In this document: positions 11,845 through 26,120 of the stretch, in pieces
How positions within the stretch are numbered: the stretch's first letter is position 1
Layout: each line of letters starts with the position of its first letter
Origin: Macrostomum lignano
Lineage: Eukaryota
Assembly (NCBI GenBank): GCA_002269645.1
Contig: NIVC01001201.1
Coordinates: 124,001-188,000 of the forward strand
Direction of reading: 5' to 3'
Length of the DNA: 64,000 nucleotides
Position numbers and translations under genes: made by a program
The notes under the pieces: generated by a model
The model's database searches: none
What the model was told of the DNA's origin: nothing
Seen by the model: only the letters and a program-made list of their open reading frames with translations

Positions 11845-13272
11845 ATGGATACTCTAGAACTAAGAAGCCGAACCATTAACCGAAATGAGTCACTCATTGA
11901 CCAAGCCGTGCCTAGTAATGGATTGCATCAACCTTTACTCAATGCCAACTCAGATGATGTTGGAGATGCTAGTGCTGCATGGCAAAGTCAAAGGTCACAA
12001 AATGGCAATAGTTCTGAGAACGTTGTTCCTTCACAATTAGAATCTATTGATATGCTTGTAGCACATCATTTGCCTACTAACCAAGTTCAAAATGATGGTA
12101 ATCTCAATCATTCAAGTGGCGAGAGAGTTGAAGAGAGTGATACAGACCTAGTTGGTAATCATGTAGATTTGCCTCAAGCTCTGACAAATGCTGCAGCTCA
12201 AGCAGAGCAATCTGAACAAGCTAGACCTAGACTTCCAATTTATCCAAGAAGTAGTAGACTTCTCCAATCTGACTTAGAGTGGGCTCCACTTAGCCTAAAT
12301 CCTAATAATCAGCAACAGTTTCAGTCCCAATTGCCAATGCCATCTATTCCGAAACCATCTATGTTTGATGGCAAAGAAGAATTTAGTACCTTTGTAGCTA
12401 GGGTAGACAATTACATTAGCAACTTCCCAAATCAGCCAGACATAGTAAGAATCAGGACTATGGCTGCATTTTTAGGACCTGCTTTCCTAACCTATCAAGC
12501 TTGGTTAGCCAATCAATGTGCAGTGCACAACAAGCTTTCTAGTACTCCTCTTGACCAACTACCAGCTGCCACTTATTCGTCACTTTTGCAGTTCTTGTCT
12601 AGCCGTCATGGTAGCCAAAAGAGCTTGACTACATTACGCCGAGAGTTGCGTACTCGAAAACGTCAAGACAATGAAACTTTTGAGCAATTCTTGACTAGTT
12701 TGCAGAATTTGGCAATCAAGGCCTATCCTGAGGATGGATTTAGTCCAATTATTCAAGATCAGATTCTTGACCAGTTCATCCTAGGTGTCAATGACCCTAC
12801 AGTTACAGAGCATCTATCCAACATGCTGGAGGTTTCATCCCCAGAACAAGCTCTTAGAATTGCCCAACAACTTAGAGAGACAAGAAGGCTAGTTCAAAGC
12901 CAGGGTCCTCTAGGTCAGGCCAATGCCAAGTCCAAGTCAAACCTGATGGCTGGTAACCAGACCCAGTACTGCCAAACAGTTGGCCAGAAGGCACCTGAAC
13001 CTATCCAGAAATCCAAGGTAAATCCAACCCAGAGGCATACTGGACCTCAAGGGTTTCCTCCAAATAGTGGTACACCTGTGCCAAATCTGATGACAGTCTA
13101 GAGTCCAAACATTTACCAGGGACAGCAGTCAAACTTTCCAACAGGCCAATCTGGCAGAGTTTGCTTCAAGTGCAGACAGCCAGGACACCTAAAGCGGAAT
13201 TGCCCAAACGGCAACATGGCTGGATCAGGGGGCAGATTCCCGCCAGGACCTCATATGGCCCCACAGCTCTGA
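11845..13272 (+). pseudogene. gag: Gypsy gag with in-frame TAG (13099-13101) before the CCHC zinc knuckle
   Basis: ORF 11842-13101; the same frame resumes after TAG with CFKCRQPGHLKRNC (13162-13203) and ends at TGA 13270-13272. Confidence 0.88.
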
Positions 13273-16200
13273 AGAATGTAATTGAGGAAGTCGAAGAATG
13301 CAATTTAGAACACTTTACTAGTAGGGTAGAGAGAATTAACCTTAGTTTAGATTTTGATAAAGGCATGTATGTGTCAGCTAGCGTCTTTTCTAAGAAAGTT
13401 TCTTGTCTTGTAGATACAGGTTCAAGTGTTACCATAGTTTCAAGCAGCATTATTAATCAGCCTAGATCAAATCTCACTAAAACAGATGTTCAGCTTACAG
13501 TAGCCAATGGAAACAATCTAAAGGTCTTAGGAAAGAAAATAGTCACTTTCTCGTTTGGTCAGCTTAGTTTTGTGCAGGAGGTATTTGTCTGCAGCAATGT
13601 CCAACAGAATGTGGTTATAGGCTTAGACTTTATGCAGCAATTTAACGTGTCTGTACATCCAGCACAAGGCATAATTACTTTTAATAACCAAAACAAATCA
13701 ATTCCAATCAGAAAAACTTTAGAAATTCCTAAGTTCCAACTTCTTGCTGTCGCAGAGACCATATCGATTCCTCCAGGTCAAACTGTTCAATTATCGCTGA
13801 AGCCTAAAGAATTAGGTGCATCCTTGGCACCAGGTTTAATAGAGCCAAATCATCGTGTTCCAGGTCTATTAGTAGCTAGAGGTATCAATTTACTTAGAGA
13901 GTAAGGAATGCAAACCAAAGTGGTTAATGTAAACGTAGATAGAGAACTTAAACTACGAGCAGGAAGTAGTATTGGAAAGTTTACTCCATTCGATCAGAAA
14001 GGTCAGGTATGCATTGTAGGAGAAAGTTTAGATTCTAGGCAGGGTGCAGCGAGCAGTGCTGGTGAAAAAGAGAGTTCATTAAAGAGTGAAAGTACCCAAG
14101 GAGGAAGTGAGGTCAAGTTTAACATTTCGAAGGATTTGTCAGCAGATGAGACTAAGGAAGTAGGAAGAGTTTTAAAAGAGTTCGAATGTGTCTTTGCTTC
14201 AGATGGTAACTTAGGTAGAACAGATTTGCTAAAGCACAAGATAGATACCGGAGGTGCATTGCCTGTCAAAGAGACATTAAGACGCACGAATTTGCCGACG
14301 ATTAATGAGCAGAAGAAGATTATAGATAGCATGTTGCAAGACAATGTGATCGTTCCATCAGCATCTCCATGGGCAGCAGCTGTAGTCTTAGTGCGGAAGA
14401 AAGATGGAACTTTTAGATTCTGTGTAGATTATAGGAAGCTTAATGCTGTTACCAAGGCAGACGCCTATCCATTGCCAAGAATTGATGATACCTTAGATGC
14501 TCTAGCTAGTAATGTTTATTTTTCTGTTATGGACATGCAGTCAGGTTATTGGCAGGTAGAACTTGATCAAGAGGACAGTGAAAAGACCGCATTCCTGTGC
14601 CATCACGGTCTTTATCAGTTTCGTGTCATGCCATTCGGTCTGAAAAATGCCCCAGCAACCTTTCAACAACTGATGGATATGGTGCTGCGAGGGCTGAAGT
14701 GGGAAGCATGTCTAGTCTATATAGACGACATTGTAGTCATGGGAAGGTCATTAGAAGAGCACAATAACCACCTTGCTAAAGTCCTCCATCGTCTAAAAGA
14801 AGCTAATCTTAGATTAAAGCCAAGTAAATGCGTATTCGCTTCTAAGTCAATAAAGATCCTAGGTCATAAAATTACTCCAGAAGGTATCTCTGTTGATGAG
14901 GAGAAAATTCATGCAGTTCGTGAGTGGCCTCGACCACAGACAGTGAAAGATGTACAGAGCTTCTTGGGCCTTGCATCTTATTACCGAAGGTTTATTAAAG
15001 GTTTTTCCTCCATAGCCGAACCGTTGCGCCGAATCACTCTAAAAAACCAGCAGTTTGCTTGGTCTGGTGAGCAGGAACTGAGTTTTAATACTTTAAAGCA
15101 ATGCCTAACCTCGGCACCAGTCTTAGCTCTACCTGAAACTGCAAGTGGTAGCAGCCAGTTTATATTAGATACAGATGCTAGTGGTTTTGGCATAGGCTGT
15201 GTCCTGTCTCAGGTGCAAAGAGGACAAGAGAAAGTAATTGCTTATAGCAGCCGCGCTTTAAATGCAGCAGAGAGAAATTACTGTGTCACTAGAAGAGAGC
15301 TGCTAGCAGTTGTAGAATCTTGCAAAAAGTTTAGGTCATATCTCGCAGGTCATAAATTCCAAGTTAGAGTTGACCACGCTGCCTTAACTCACCTGCTAGG
15401 TTTTAAAGAGCCAACCGGTCAGCTAGCAAGGTGGCTGGAAGCGTTGCAAGAGTTTGATCTTGAAGTGGTCCATCGTCCAGGTAGAACGCATGCCAATGCA
15501 GATGCACTTTCGCGTTGTCCAAGATTTTGTGAAGCGTGTCGCCCAGAGACGCCAGGCAGGGCAGATGCAGAATGTCAGACAGATAGTGTAGGTATAGAAC
15601 AGGTAGAGTGTAATGCAGTAGGTGCGACTAGAAGGAAACAGCAGCTTGAGGCATGTGCATCTGATGGTGAAGAGTCCGACACCGAAGGTGATGGTAGTGA
15701 AGCCGAGACGGAGGAAGATGGAGAATCAATGAGAGCATTACAGTTAAAGGATGGGGGTATTGGTCCTGTATTTCGAAAGCTAGCGAGAGGTGAGACTGTT
15801 CTAATGGAAGACGAAAAGGCCAAAATGTCACCAGAAAGTCTTGTTTTGATGAGTAAGGTTGATGATTTATGCTTCGTGAATGGTATTATGCATCGATTAG
15901 TTAAAACAAAACCAGTCCTAGTTTTGCCGTTTAAAAGACGACGTGAGGTGATCGAGGAAATTCATGCCCAAGGTCATTTTGGTGTAGCTAAGACGGCAGA
16001 AGCAATAAAGCAGCGCTTCTACTGGCCGAAGATGATGGATGATGTGAACCTGTGTGTAAGGGAGTGTATTCAGTGCCAGCGGGCGAAGCCAACGTCAGCT
16101 GCCAAAGCCCCACTCCGGCCAATGTCATCAGGATTTCCGATGCAGAGAGTGGCAATCGATGTCGTTAAAATTGCCACGTCCCGTCACGGCAACGACCGAT

Positions 16201-17057
16201 TATTGACAATCATCGATTATTTTAGTAAATGGGTCGAACTCGTACCATTACCCGATGAGAAGGCTACAACGATTGCGAACGCACTGTTTACGCACTGGAT
16301 CAGTCGGTATGGTGCGCCGCACGTTTTACATTCGGATCGAGGGCAGAACATTGACGGCAAGATCATTAGAAACCTGTGTAAGGTCTTCGAAATTCAGAAA
16401 ACTCGAACGACAGCATTCCATCCGCAATGTGACGGCCTGGTGGAGCGTTTCCATCGCACTCTCCATGGCGTGCTGAGATGTTATCTTCAGAAAGTTGAAC
16501 CCGAAGACTGGGAAGACGTCATTCCGCACTGCCTGATGGCCTACCGAAGCTCTGTTAGCGCATCGACTGGTTTTACGCCGCACTTCGTTCTGACTGGTCG
16601 TGAAATGGTGTTGCCGATCGATTTAGTTTATAGAGAGCCGGAGCCTGCCCTGACACCTGCTTCGTTCGCTCAGGACACGAAAGAGCGGTTGATTGAGGCG
16701 TACGAATCGATCAGGAAGACCACCAAGGCCGTTCAGCGAATTCAAAAGAAATTTTACGATCGTAAAGTGAAGAAAACTAAGTTTGCTGAGAATGCGTTGG
16801 TATGGATATTCACGCCGCCACTGGCGCTCAGACAGCGTGACTCCAGATGGTCACATAAACACCACGCACCCTGGTCAGGACCTTACCGGGTGGTGCGAAG
16901 GACCTCGCCAGTGAATTTTGAAGTAGTGAAGCTTTCGCGTCATGGTGAAGACCGAGGTCAGAAGAAAATTGTGCACGTGGGCGCGATGAAGTTGGTCGTG
17001 CAGCCTGCAACTCGGCTGCCAGGTCTTTGGCAAGATGAGGTTGAAGCTGATGAATGA
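13068..17057 (+). pseudogene. pol: Gypsy pol (protease, RT, RNase H, integrase) split by in-frame TAA at 13902-13904
   Basis: LVDTGS protease; RT YIDD; TDAS RNase H; H..GH..C..C zinc finger and D,D35E integrase; ORFs 13161-13904 and 13908-17057 share a frame. Confidence 0.93.
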
Positions 17058-20000
17058 GTGTCGTAAAGTCGTCCAAAAGAGGAGCCACTTAAAACAATCA
17101 TAACAACTAATAGCATTTAGAAATATTGTCAGTTAGAGTTTTTTTAGGTTAGGGATTATCTAGTCAATTAGGTCAGATTTATATGTATTAATGTCCCATT
17201 GCTAATAATTAACCTAGTTTCGTTCCAGGTTCAAACTTCGTTGCTTGATTTCTTATTAACTCGTTTCAAATACTGCATGATTAGTGTTTGATTATTGACT
17301 GAGCGTTGCTGCGTAGATTTGCTCTTGTTTTATCACCTCAAACAAATACCATTTTCGATAGCGTTGCTCATGTTCGTGTTGTCGTCTAGTTAAATATATT
17401 CGTTTGAAATATTTTAACCCCAATCAATGCATTGTTTCTCTTTTCCAATATATGTCGCGCGTTTTCCTTTCGTTCATAAAACCTATTATTGTTCGATTTT
17501 GTGCTAAGTTCATAATATGTTCTCGGTTATGTGCTGTGTCATTTATTTTTTCATTATGATCGTAAATGTTGTTCGTATATCTCGATTTTGTTCAGTTGAC
17601 AATTGATTTCGTTTACTATTGTCGTTATATGTAATTTACAGACTTGAATGTATTGTAGTCAAGTTTAGAGTACTCATTAATGTTAGATGTACTTCTTAAT
17701 GTATGCACCGTTACATTTAAAGCATTTCCTTTGGTTGTGTTGCGGAGGTGAGCTGCTACCGCAGGTGCATGTGCAGGAGTCGCAAGTCTGTGTTCTCCCT
17801 GTCACGTTTCCCTGTTGGTTTGCTCCGCGGTTTGAAGCTTCGTTGCCTCAATGTTTCCCCGCCATTTCTTGGTCGTGGTGTACAACTTATGAGCGCATTT
17901 GATTCGCTTTCTGTGCTGGTGTGTCGCAGTTGCATTTTCCCAAGCGCATATTTTTGTGTTTGTCTTCGGGTTAGGAATGTGCTGTTTGACATTGTTGCTG
18001 TTTCGTAGTCTGTTGTTTTTTCCCACTATATCCGTAACATTTCCCTATAATGCGGTTAATGTATGCTCTTACTGTATTGCAGTAGTCCAATGAGGACATT
18101 GGCTTATTTTTCGCAAGGAGGGCATTTGTAATGAAATTATAAATTGATTTTAAATATTGATTATTGCATTTGTAGTAGTATAATTCGTACGTTATTTTGT
18201 TAATATTTAATTTATACGAAATATATTTAAATTAGAAAGAGCGTCGCGCTGGGACGGTTGACGGGCAACTTGGATTTGGACTACTGGGTCGTGAGTTAGC
18301 GTAGCTTAGCATCCTTGAGATAACAGCTTTCATTTGCACCATATTTTCAGTATTAAAGTCTCAGCCTTAGGTTCTTCCAATTACACTTCATTAGGTCTTT
18401 GTCATTATTTACATTCCCACTATCTCCCAGTGAGTAGCCACCACACCACAGTTACAGTCAGTTGTCCCAGTGCTCGCCCAGGGTATTAATTAATTGTTGA
18501 ACTACTTAACTCAAATTACTCAATTGCTATAGCCTATATTTGTTATTGACTTTTATTATTTTTTGGTGAAAAATAATTGGCGACCACCTAATTTCTAACT
18601 CTATATCCTAACGCAGCAATATGCATGCGAGCCCAGTCAATTAGGAAAAATTCAAAATAGACCCAACGAAACCACTTTCTTTACAGGCTCGTGATTTGAA
18701 ATTTAAATTATGGTTTTCGAAGAAGCGCTATATTATGCAAAAAATAAGCAAAAAAGATATATTTTTTAAATTTTATATAGACTTTTCAATTCAAAAGCTA
18801 GAGATTAGGCGCACATTCAAGTAGCCTATTATATATTTCTTGTTAAAATATGTTTAAAATGATATGAAATCTTACATCAATCAACAACTCCGTCGGTGGG
18901 GCGTCGTACGTATTAAACACAACTTAGTGTTGTACAATTTATACAAATCTACTGTCTACACGCACGACAAATACACTACATTCTTAAAATGAGAAGAGCT
19001 GTCAGGAAAGAGGGTTGCTGAGATGTCAAGGCTGAGAGGTCAAATGCTACATCGAGGCTTTTCATATTACCAATTCCAGAATCAGAATCGGTTCGGATCT
19101 TCCAAGGAAAACAGCAGTATAACTATTTAATTCTGTTGAATGTTTGACTGCCTTAACAACCTCACTTAGCACAATTTTTCACTTTCTTCTCTGCGATTGT
19201 CATTCAATAATAAAAACTTTATAGCACGTAGTAGTAGTAGTAAAAAAGTAGTAGTAGTAGTAGTAAATTTAGCTCAGGCTTAAGGAGCCTGTTATGCCAG
19301 TATGATCCGATTTATTTATTCAAAAGGTTAATTTTTACACGGTCGCTGAAAACGAGTACTACACGATATTTGTATTAAGTAAGATATTTGAAAGGGCGTC
19401 AGGAAATTTTTTACGGTTTTTATAGCCGATTACCGACTAACGACGGAGCAGCAAGAATCTAAGCAGGGAAAAATAAAAAAACGATGTTGTATAATGACCT
19501 TAATGCAAAACGATTCTTCTAAAATGCGATTCAGAAAAGGTAGTTAAATATTATTTTGTCAATATAACAAATATCTAGTATAATTGAGGATTGTTCTCAA
19601 TAATAGGCTATTTTTGTAAAAAGATATAGTATTTTTGAAAGCGCGTGATATTTTAAAGCGTGAAAAACAAGCATAAACACACTTCGAACGAACGAACTTA
19701 ACGTCTAGCGATTAACGACGAATTAGATAGGAAATTAAAGACAGTAAATGAATAAACAACTGAAAAGCGGATTTATTACACTGCTGATATATCTGTTTCA
19801 GTTTGCATAACTGTTTTAGCTATTCATGACTTCATATATTTTAGCTACATATCCTATCTTGTGTACTTGCTTGTCATTTAAGAGGTACTGACAGAAGTAT
19901 TTTTTTCTGATCTTTTCAGTTTGTGGACATTCAGTCAAGGGTCAAGTAGTGTAGGATATCGGAACCATTTCTCGCTCCACACAGTCTACATGCTTCATGA

Positions 20001-20129
20001 GAGAAAATGTTGCGTGTAATCTTGCATTTCAGTTTTAGGAGGGTTGTTAGGAATTTTTTGTTTCTAAAAGTGCATGGAAAGTAATCTGGAAGGTCGAGCA
20101 AACTCGAGCGCTAGTTCTTCTAATTCTAG

Positions 20130-21214
20130 ACGCATATTCACAGCGCTGCTGGATGAGGAGGTTGTAGCTGATGATGGCGGGATGATTCACGATCTCTATG
20201 AATCAGTTAGTGACCCAGAACCCATGCAGGCCAATAGTTGAGGGAGGTCGAGAGTTAGAGACTTTTGAAGTCATGCAAGACGGAGGCAGCCGACGGAACG
20301 TTCTTGTAATATCGTCGAATGGGTACTCCTATGGGCTTCATCGTCAGCGTGGTGCTCGTGAACACTATCGTTGCACTCAACGCAGTCATCATACCCCTTG
20401 TTGCGCACTCTAATTCGCAGTGCCGGTGAAGAGTTTAAGCATGGGAAAAGCGGGCACAGCCATGCACGTCGTCTCGTCTCGTCTTTGGTGCTTCTGCTAC
20501 TCGGAAGATTTATCGAGACGTAAAATTTGCTGCCTCAACGGATGTTTTTAAATCTGCGGCACAGCTTACAGATGATGATAGACTACTGCGCGAACTCACT
20601 TCCTCCACGGCAGCGAACTTGCCGAATCCAACAAATCTAATTAGAGCTCAAACCGGTTTCGCGAAAGAGGACGGCCAGAGGAGCCTATAGGGATTTAAAC
20701 TTCCAACTGCAGTTGGAAAGCCTTGCCCAATGGATTTCTCAGAAGTGATGTCCAGGTTGGAGGAAGACGGCACTTAGTATTTGCTACTAATAATCAATTG
20801 ACACTTATACTGATCAGTAGTGCCCACGAGTTGTTCATGGACGGTACGTTTTCAATTGTCCGACGGCTATTTGTGCAACTTTACTCGATTCATGGCTTTC
20901 TCCGTGATCAAGGACATCTGAAACAGGTAAAGTATGCAATAGGTCAATACGATCTTACTCAGCTCTAATACTTTCATAAAAAATTGAAATAAATTTCAGT
21001 ATAGAGATAAAACAAAGTCAGTGACGAAATCACCGCAAAACAATAAAATATGACGAGTTTTAAGTATTAACTGTTGTTCATGAGTATATTCTCTTTCAGA
21101 CTAATAAACTTTCATTTTTAAAACGTGTCACCGAATTGTCCAAATTTGTCACCGAAACGTCCTGAAGTGTCACCGAAAAGGTTGTCACCGAAACGTCTTG
21201 TCACCGAAATGTCC
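20130..21214 (+). mobile_element. Decayed Mutator-like (FLYWCH + MULE) DNA transposon remnant with right terminus
   Basis: GYSY..HYRCTQR..C (FLYWCH-like); HLVFAT..ELFMDGTFSIV..LYSIHG (MULE-like); frameshifted; terminal TGTCACCGAA repeats ending AAATGTCC; no left end found. Confidence 0.75.
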
Positions 21215-21229
21215 AGGGACCTTTTTTTG

Positions 21230-21715
21230 TAGAGATAGGCGTTTTTGTAGAGTTTAATATGTTGCTGATTCTCTAGCTTTTGGCTAAGTTCTCTTTCTCT
21301 GTGTATATTGAGGTGCCTTTTCACTAGGTATTTCTCGTTATTAAAGCTTTGGGAAAGTTTATCTTCAGTTAGTGCTTTTAAGTCTATACTTTCCAGTTTC
21401 TTTAGTACATTCGTTTTCCATGGATTTTTTTGGCTGGTGTTTGAGTAGAAAATTTCTAGTGTCGTTTAGCAAAGTTTTTGGTGTCTAATCTTCAGCCAGT
21501 AGGTAAGGTAGGTTTTAGCGATTCGTTGGGAGATTGAAGTAAGCTCAAGTTCTGATGATATCACACTGTTGCTAGCAAATTTTGGTAGATTGAGGAGATA
21601 TTTGTAGAATTTCAGCTGAATGTTATCAATAGCTTTTGTTTCAGAAATGGTAGCCAGAGGGCCCCAGAGCTCATAGCCGTATCTCCTTCTAGTTATAGAG
21701 ATAAAAAGTTATACT
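21230..21715 (-). mobile_element. Non-LTR retrotransposon fragment (region C-terminal to RT)
   Basis: Manual translation RYGYELWGP..IDNIQLKFYKYLLNLPKFASNSVISSELEL..TYWLKI resembles the LINE post-RT 'YGxExWG..QxxFxKxxL..SN..EL..YW' pattern. Confidence 0.72.
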
Positions 21716-22179
21716 TCACAAATTGGTTCTGGTTCTGGAACCAGAACAAGCAATATGAAAAGGCCAATTTAATTTATTCAATCATATGAATAATAATATT
21801 CTTTATTCCATTTGAATAAATTCAAGAAATTTAATTGCCTCCCCATGTCCCCACTCATGCAATGGGGGCGCTAATTGCTAGGCGTAGTAAAATTTTACTA
21901 AATTGGAAAGTTGTTAAAAAGCAGTTTGTTTGCACTTTGTTTTGTCCAAAAGAACTATCAAGGATAAAAGTGAATGCATACAATAAAGACAAAGAAATCT
22001 ATGACATATGCATATTATCTGATGCTTTTAGTTTTATATATGCTAGTAGGCCTATCTAATAGGACATTAGTTAATAACTTAGTTAATTAATTATTAATTA
22101 CTAACTAGACTAGGCTTTCTATTTTCCATTTCACTTATATTATAAATAGATTAGGTTTGACAGTCATACTCATAGGGTT

Positions 22180-22553
22180 TATTATTATTTATTAGAGGCA
22201 GTGGGGTTGTATGCACCCTGGCGCACTTTAAGCGACATAGTCATATAACCGGCAAGAGGCATTACTGCCCATTCCACCGACTCCCCTAAGCAGGCATACA
22301 AGTGCACAGATACGTATGCAGGCACACACTTACACAGGAATGTGCATGCAGCGGCCCTAACTTTATTTTATCGTTAGGCATGTACACTTTACTGCGCCTT
22401 GGGGGGTTGGCTCTCAAGGCCGTTAATTACACGAGCAGAGCCAAGCCAAGATTCCAATTCAGCCCCAAATGAATGTGACTGCACTTGGAATTGAGCCTGG
22501 GTCGCTGGCACACCAGAGCAGCTGCGCTACCACTGGGCTATGGCCCCCCTAAC
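22180..22553 (-). mobile_element. tRNA-derived SINE
   Basis: Minus-strand head GGGGCCATAGCCCAGTGG (A box) and GGCTCAATTCC (B-box-like); (TAA)n tail; 13-bp TSD TACTCATAGGGTT at 22167-22179 and 22554-22566. Confidence 0.88.
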
Positions 22554-23020
22554 TACTCATAGGGTTAGGATTTTTTTTTAAATCTATTGGTAAACCTAGC
22601 CTAATAGGCCTACCCTTGGCCTTGATTCTTTACAATGGTGTAGGCCCTAATGTAGCCTAACACCCTTGATTCTTAGTGATTGTGTTTATTTTAATGTTTG
22701 TTTATAAGTTTAAACTGAAAATGTAAAAATGTGAAAATATGGATAAAAGCAATTAAATGAAGATACTATAGACTTAAATGATAAGTTTCTTTTTGTCACA
22801 AAAAATTATAACATAATAACATATAAATTCATAGACATAAAGCAGATGTTTATTTATTAAATTTGAAAAGGCAATTGAGAAATTAGGCCTATATCTTTTG
22901 TCTTATTATAATAACTTATGGAATGTTTAAGCCTAAATCAAAACTAAATTAAAAAAAACATTTTTTATATATATTGTATATAGGCCCCCCTATAAGGGCA
23001 AGGCTTATGTCTATTCTATA

Positions 23021-24363
23021 TGAGGGTCATCCCAAAAGTTTCAGCAAATGCCTACTAATTTTCAACAAACAAGTGTCAGAACAATGAACATGTCAAAAAC
23101 CTTCAAAATAACTTCCGTTGACTTGAATTGTGCGCTCCCAGCGGCCAGGCAACTTCTGAACGCCGTCAGCAGTGCCGGATTCGCATAGGTCTTTTGCAAT
23201 ATGGCTGACCTTGCTGAACAGGTCATCCAGGCAATGGAAACGACGCCCTCGGAGCTGGTTCTTAAGCTTTAGAAAAAGGTCGAAATCGCAGGGACTGAGG
23301 TCTGGGGAGTAAGGAGGATGAGGCAGCACCTCCCACTGGTAGTCCCGCAGTAGGTCCTGCACAATGCGGGCTATGTGCGAACTGGCATTGTTGTGCAGAA
23401 GAAGTAGACCAAGTCCCAGGGTCTGTGGCCGCTTTTTGCGCAAGGCAGGCCAAAGATAGTGAATAATGAAGCTCCGATAGTACTGTTGGTTGATGTTTTG
23501 GCCCTCAGGAATGCAGTGGATGAGAATAATGCCAAAGCTATTGTAGCATGCGATGATCATCATCTTGTCGGCTCCCTTGGCACGCCGCAGAACTGATGGT
23601 CTTGATGGTAGGCAGAACCTTTCGACTGCCACTCGGAATTCTGGCTCTTGAGATTGGGCTTGTACAAATAGATCCAAGTCTCGTCAAGCGTGACAATATG
23701 GTCTAGGAAAGCTGAACCCTCTCTCCTGAACCGATGCAGAAGCTGCTGAGCAGTTGTCACCCAGCGTGCCTTGTTGTCATCTGTGAGATAGTGCGGCACC
23801 TACCTGGCTGTGACCTTCTGCAGTCCAAGATCCTGGATGAGGATCCGATGCACACTCAACAAGGGGATTCCAAATAGCTCAGCCATTTCTTTGCATGTCC
23901 AATGGCGATCAATGTTCAGCAGCCCTTGGATCAACTCGATGTTTGACTCTGTGCAAGCTTCTTTTGGCCTTCCAGATCGTTGGTCATCCTCAACATCAGA
24001 GCAGCCATTCTTGGATCGACTGTACCAGTCATACACGGCTCGCTGGCTCATCGCATTTGGCCCATGGGCCTGCAGCAACTGACGGTGAATTTGAGCTGCA
24101 GGGACACCACGGAGACATTCCGTTTTAATGTATGAGCACTGCTCCAAGTTCAACGGAAATTCCATTTTATTGTTGTCGGCCAATGTTTGATTTAAGATCT
24201 CATAAAATGTTCTTTAAAAAACAGAATTTTGAAGCTAGAATGCTAAAAACTTACTCAGACACCCGAAATATGCTCATCTTTTGTGTGGTATAAGTGTTGT
24301 AGTCCTAAAAGTTGTCTATGGCACAAAATCATTCGATTGCTGAAACTTTTGGGATGACCCTCG
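23021..24363 (-). mobile_element. Full-length mariner (DD34D-type) transposon with inactivated transposase
   Basis: 27-bp TIR YGAGGGTCATCCCAAAAGTTTCAGCAA; TA TSD; motifs AR*VPH (W to stop), TLDETW, HNNA (D to N), YSPDLSPCD; one frameshift. Confidence 0.96.
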
Positions 24364-25479
24364 TATTATAACCTATTAGACATAACAAGGCTTATATAAG
24401 ACAAGGTTTATAATAAGGTTTTTTATTTAATTTTCTATTTATTGCAATAATCTTTCATTTTTAGATTTTAAAACAGTCTTATTTTAAAATGAATTAATAT
24501 ATAGACCTTAAGGCTTAGGTATTATTATTAGTCTAGTAGTCTATATATTAGTGATAAAGCTTATTAGTATATATTTATACAATTATACTTAGGAAGGTAG
24601 TCTATGTTATATGTTAGAATTTTCTAGTATGCATTTGCCTAGGCCTACTTTGTGTGGCATATACATGTGCAACCTCCAAAATTTGGTTGGCCATACAACT
24701 TAGTTTTAACAAAAAATGCAATGTAGTTTTGGCCAAAAATGCAACTTACATATCAAAGAAACCCTAAAGCAAAATTAACACAACTTTGGGTAAATGGCAA
24801 GAGTAACTATGTCTTATTAAGGCAAAATGCCTCATTATCTATTTAGTGTTACTTCGGTATTTATTATCTTTTATCTAAACAACCTTTTTAGAAATAATTC
24901 TGGTTAGTAATTTTACTTTTTGGTATATATTGGCATGCAATCAGTCATTGCCAAAATTTTATTCTGGCTTTCTTTTGTCACCTAAGTACAATAATATATC
25001 AAACCATATTAACAGACCTATAATATATATATATTATACATTATAGGCTTTAAACAAGGTGAGCTTTCCATTTATAGATAATACAATTCTTTAATATATT
25101 TCATATGATCCAACATATATAGAATGGCAATTATTCTATATGCCTTTAAAACAAAGGGTATTTCTGCTTTGTGGCTTTGAAACAAAAAGAAAATTATTAA
25201 ATTCTTTTACACAGCTTTGTAACAGGTGGAAGTTCTTTTATCTGCAGCTTGAGATAAGGCTTGAATAGTAATTAATAGAGTTTTAGAAAATATTAATTCT
25301 TTTATCATTGTAAATATCATATGTACTTTGGATGTATCAAAAGTAATATCACTGATATTAGTGATATAAAAACTAACAAACTTGCAATCACAGATAAATA
25401 GAGCTATATCAATCAACAACAGTCTTTCAATATCAATCACCCCTTGGCAGTGCTTGTATAGCTTCTCTACCTCAACATG

Positions 25480-26120
25480 TAGCTGTTCTTCTAGCTACTA
25501 GAAATAGTGCCATATGGCTATTTGACCTCTTCATGGTTTGCAAAATTTCTAAGATATTTAAAAACCAGCCTTCAGCTATTTGAATAGAAATCTGTTGCAC
25601 AAGTTGAAGTCTGGGCTGTAGGGACTCTGTCAGAGAAGATTCACTCACTGTCCAGCCAGAAAATCCAAAACAGCCTTTATGGGTGTGCGGCTCCATGTTG
25701 TCCATCTGCCACAGCCTCGCCCAGGTGAATTGGATTTGACTGGAGAGTGTGCCAGAGGTCCCCAGTATGCCAGACAAAAGTCGATAAAACACTGACCATC
25801 AACCTTGGTGTTTGGCATAGCTGTACAGATGGAGACTCGCTTGTTTGGCGTGAAGGCCACCAGCAGCAGGTCGCAGTCGCCCTGGAGTCCTCAGCTATCA
25901 GCCAGCAGCGATTGTCTGCCTTGCTGCCCTTGCCATCCAGGTGGAGCCAGGTTTCGTCTTCAGCAACCATGCAGTTTAGGACGTCATCCAAGCCTTGGCT
26001 GCTTAACACCCTGCGTATCTGCTTGGCGCAGGTGTCTTGTAGAGATTTATGGTGATTTTTGTTTGCTGCATAGACGTTTTTTCATCGCATTGCACTTGCT
26101 TAACGAAATCTTGCAATAGG
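25480..26120 (-). mobile_element. Heavily decayed mariner/Tc1-like transposase
   Basis: Fragments VAEDETWLH, QMDNMEPH and SPDFNLCNRFLF in different frames. Confidence 0.7.

Larger units (their letters stand above)
10908..18685 (+). mobile_element. Full-length Ty3/Gypsy LTR retrotransposon
   Basis: 559-bp TG..CA LTRs at 10908-11466 and 18127-18685 (one mismatch, 11348/18567); TSD GGCT; PBS 11467-11485 resembling a tRNA-Arg 3' end; PPT before 18127; gag-PR-RT-RH-INT order. Confidence 0.98.

Noticed and set aside
17058-18126. env or extra ORF in the Gypsy 3' region
   Set aside because: Only short T-rich ORFs, with no signal peptide/TM architecture
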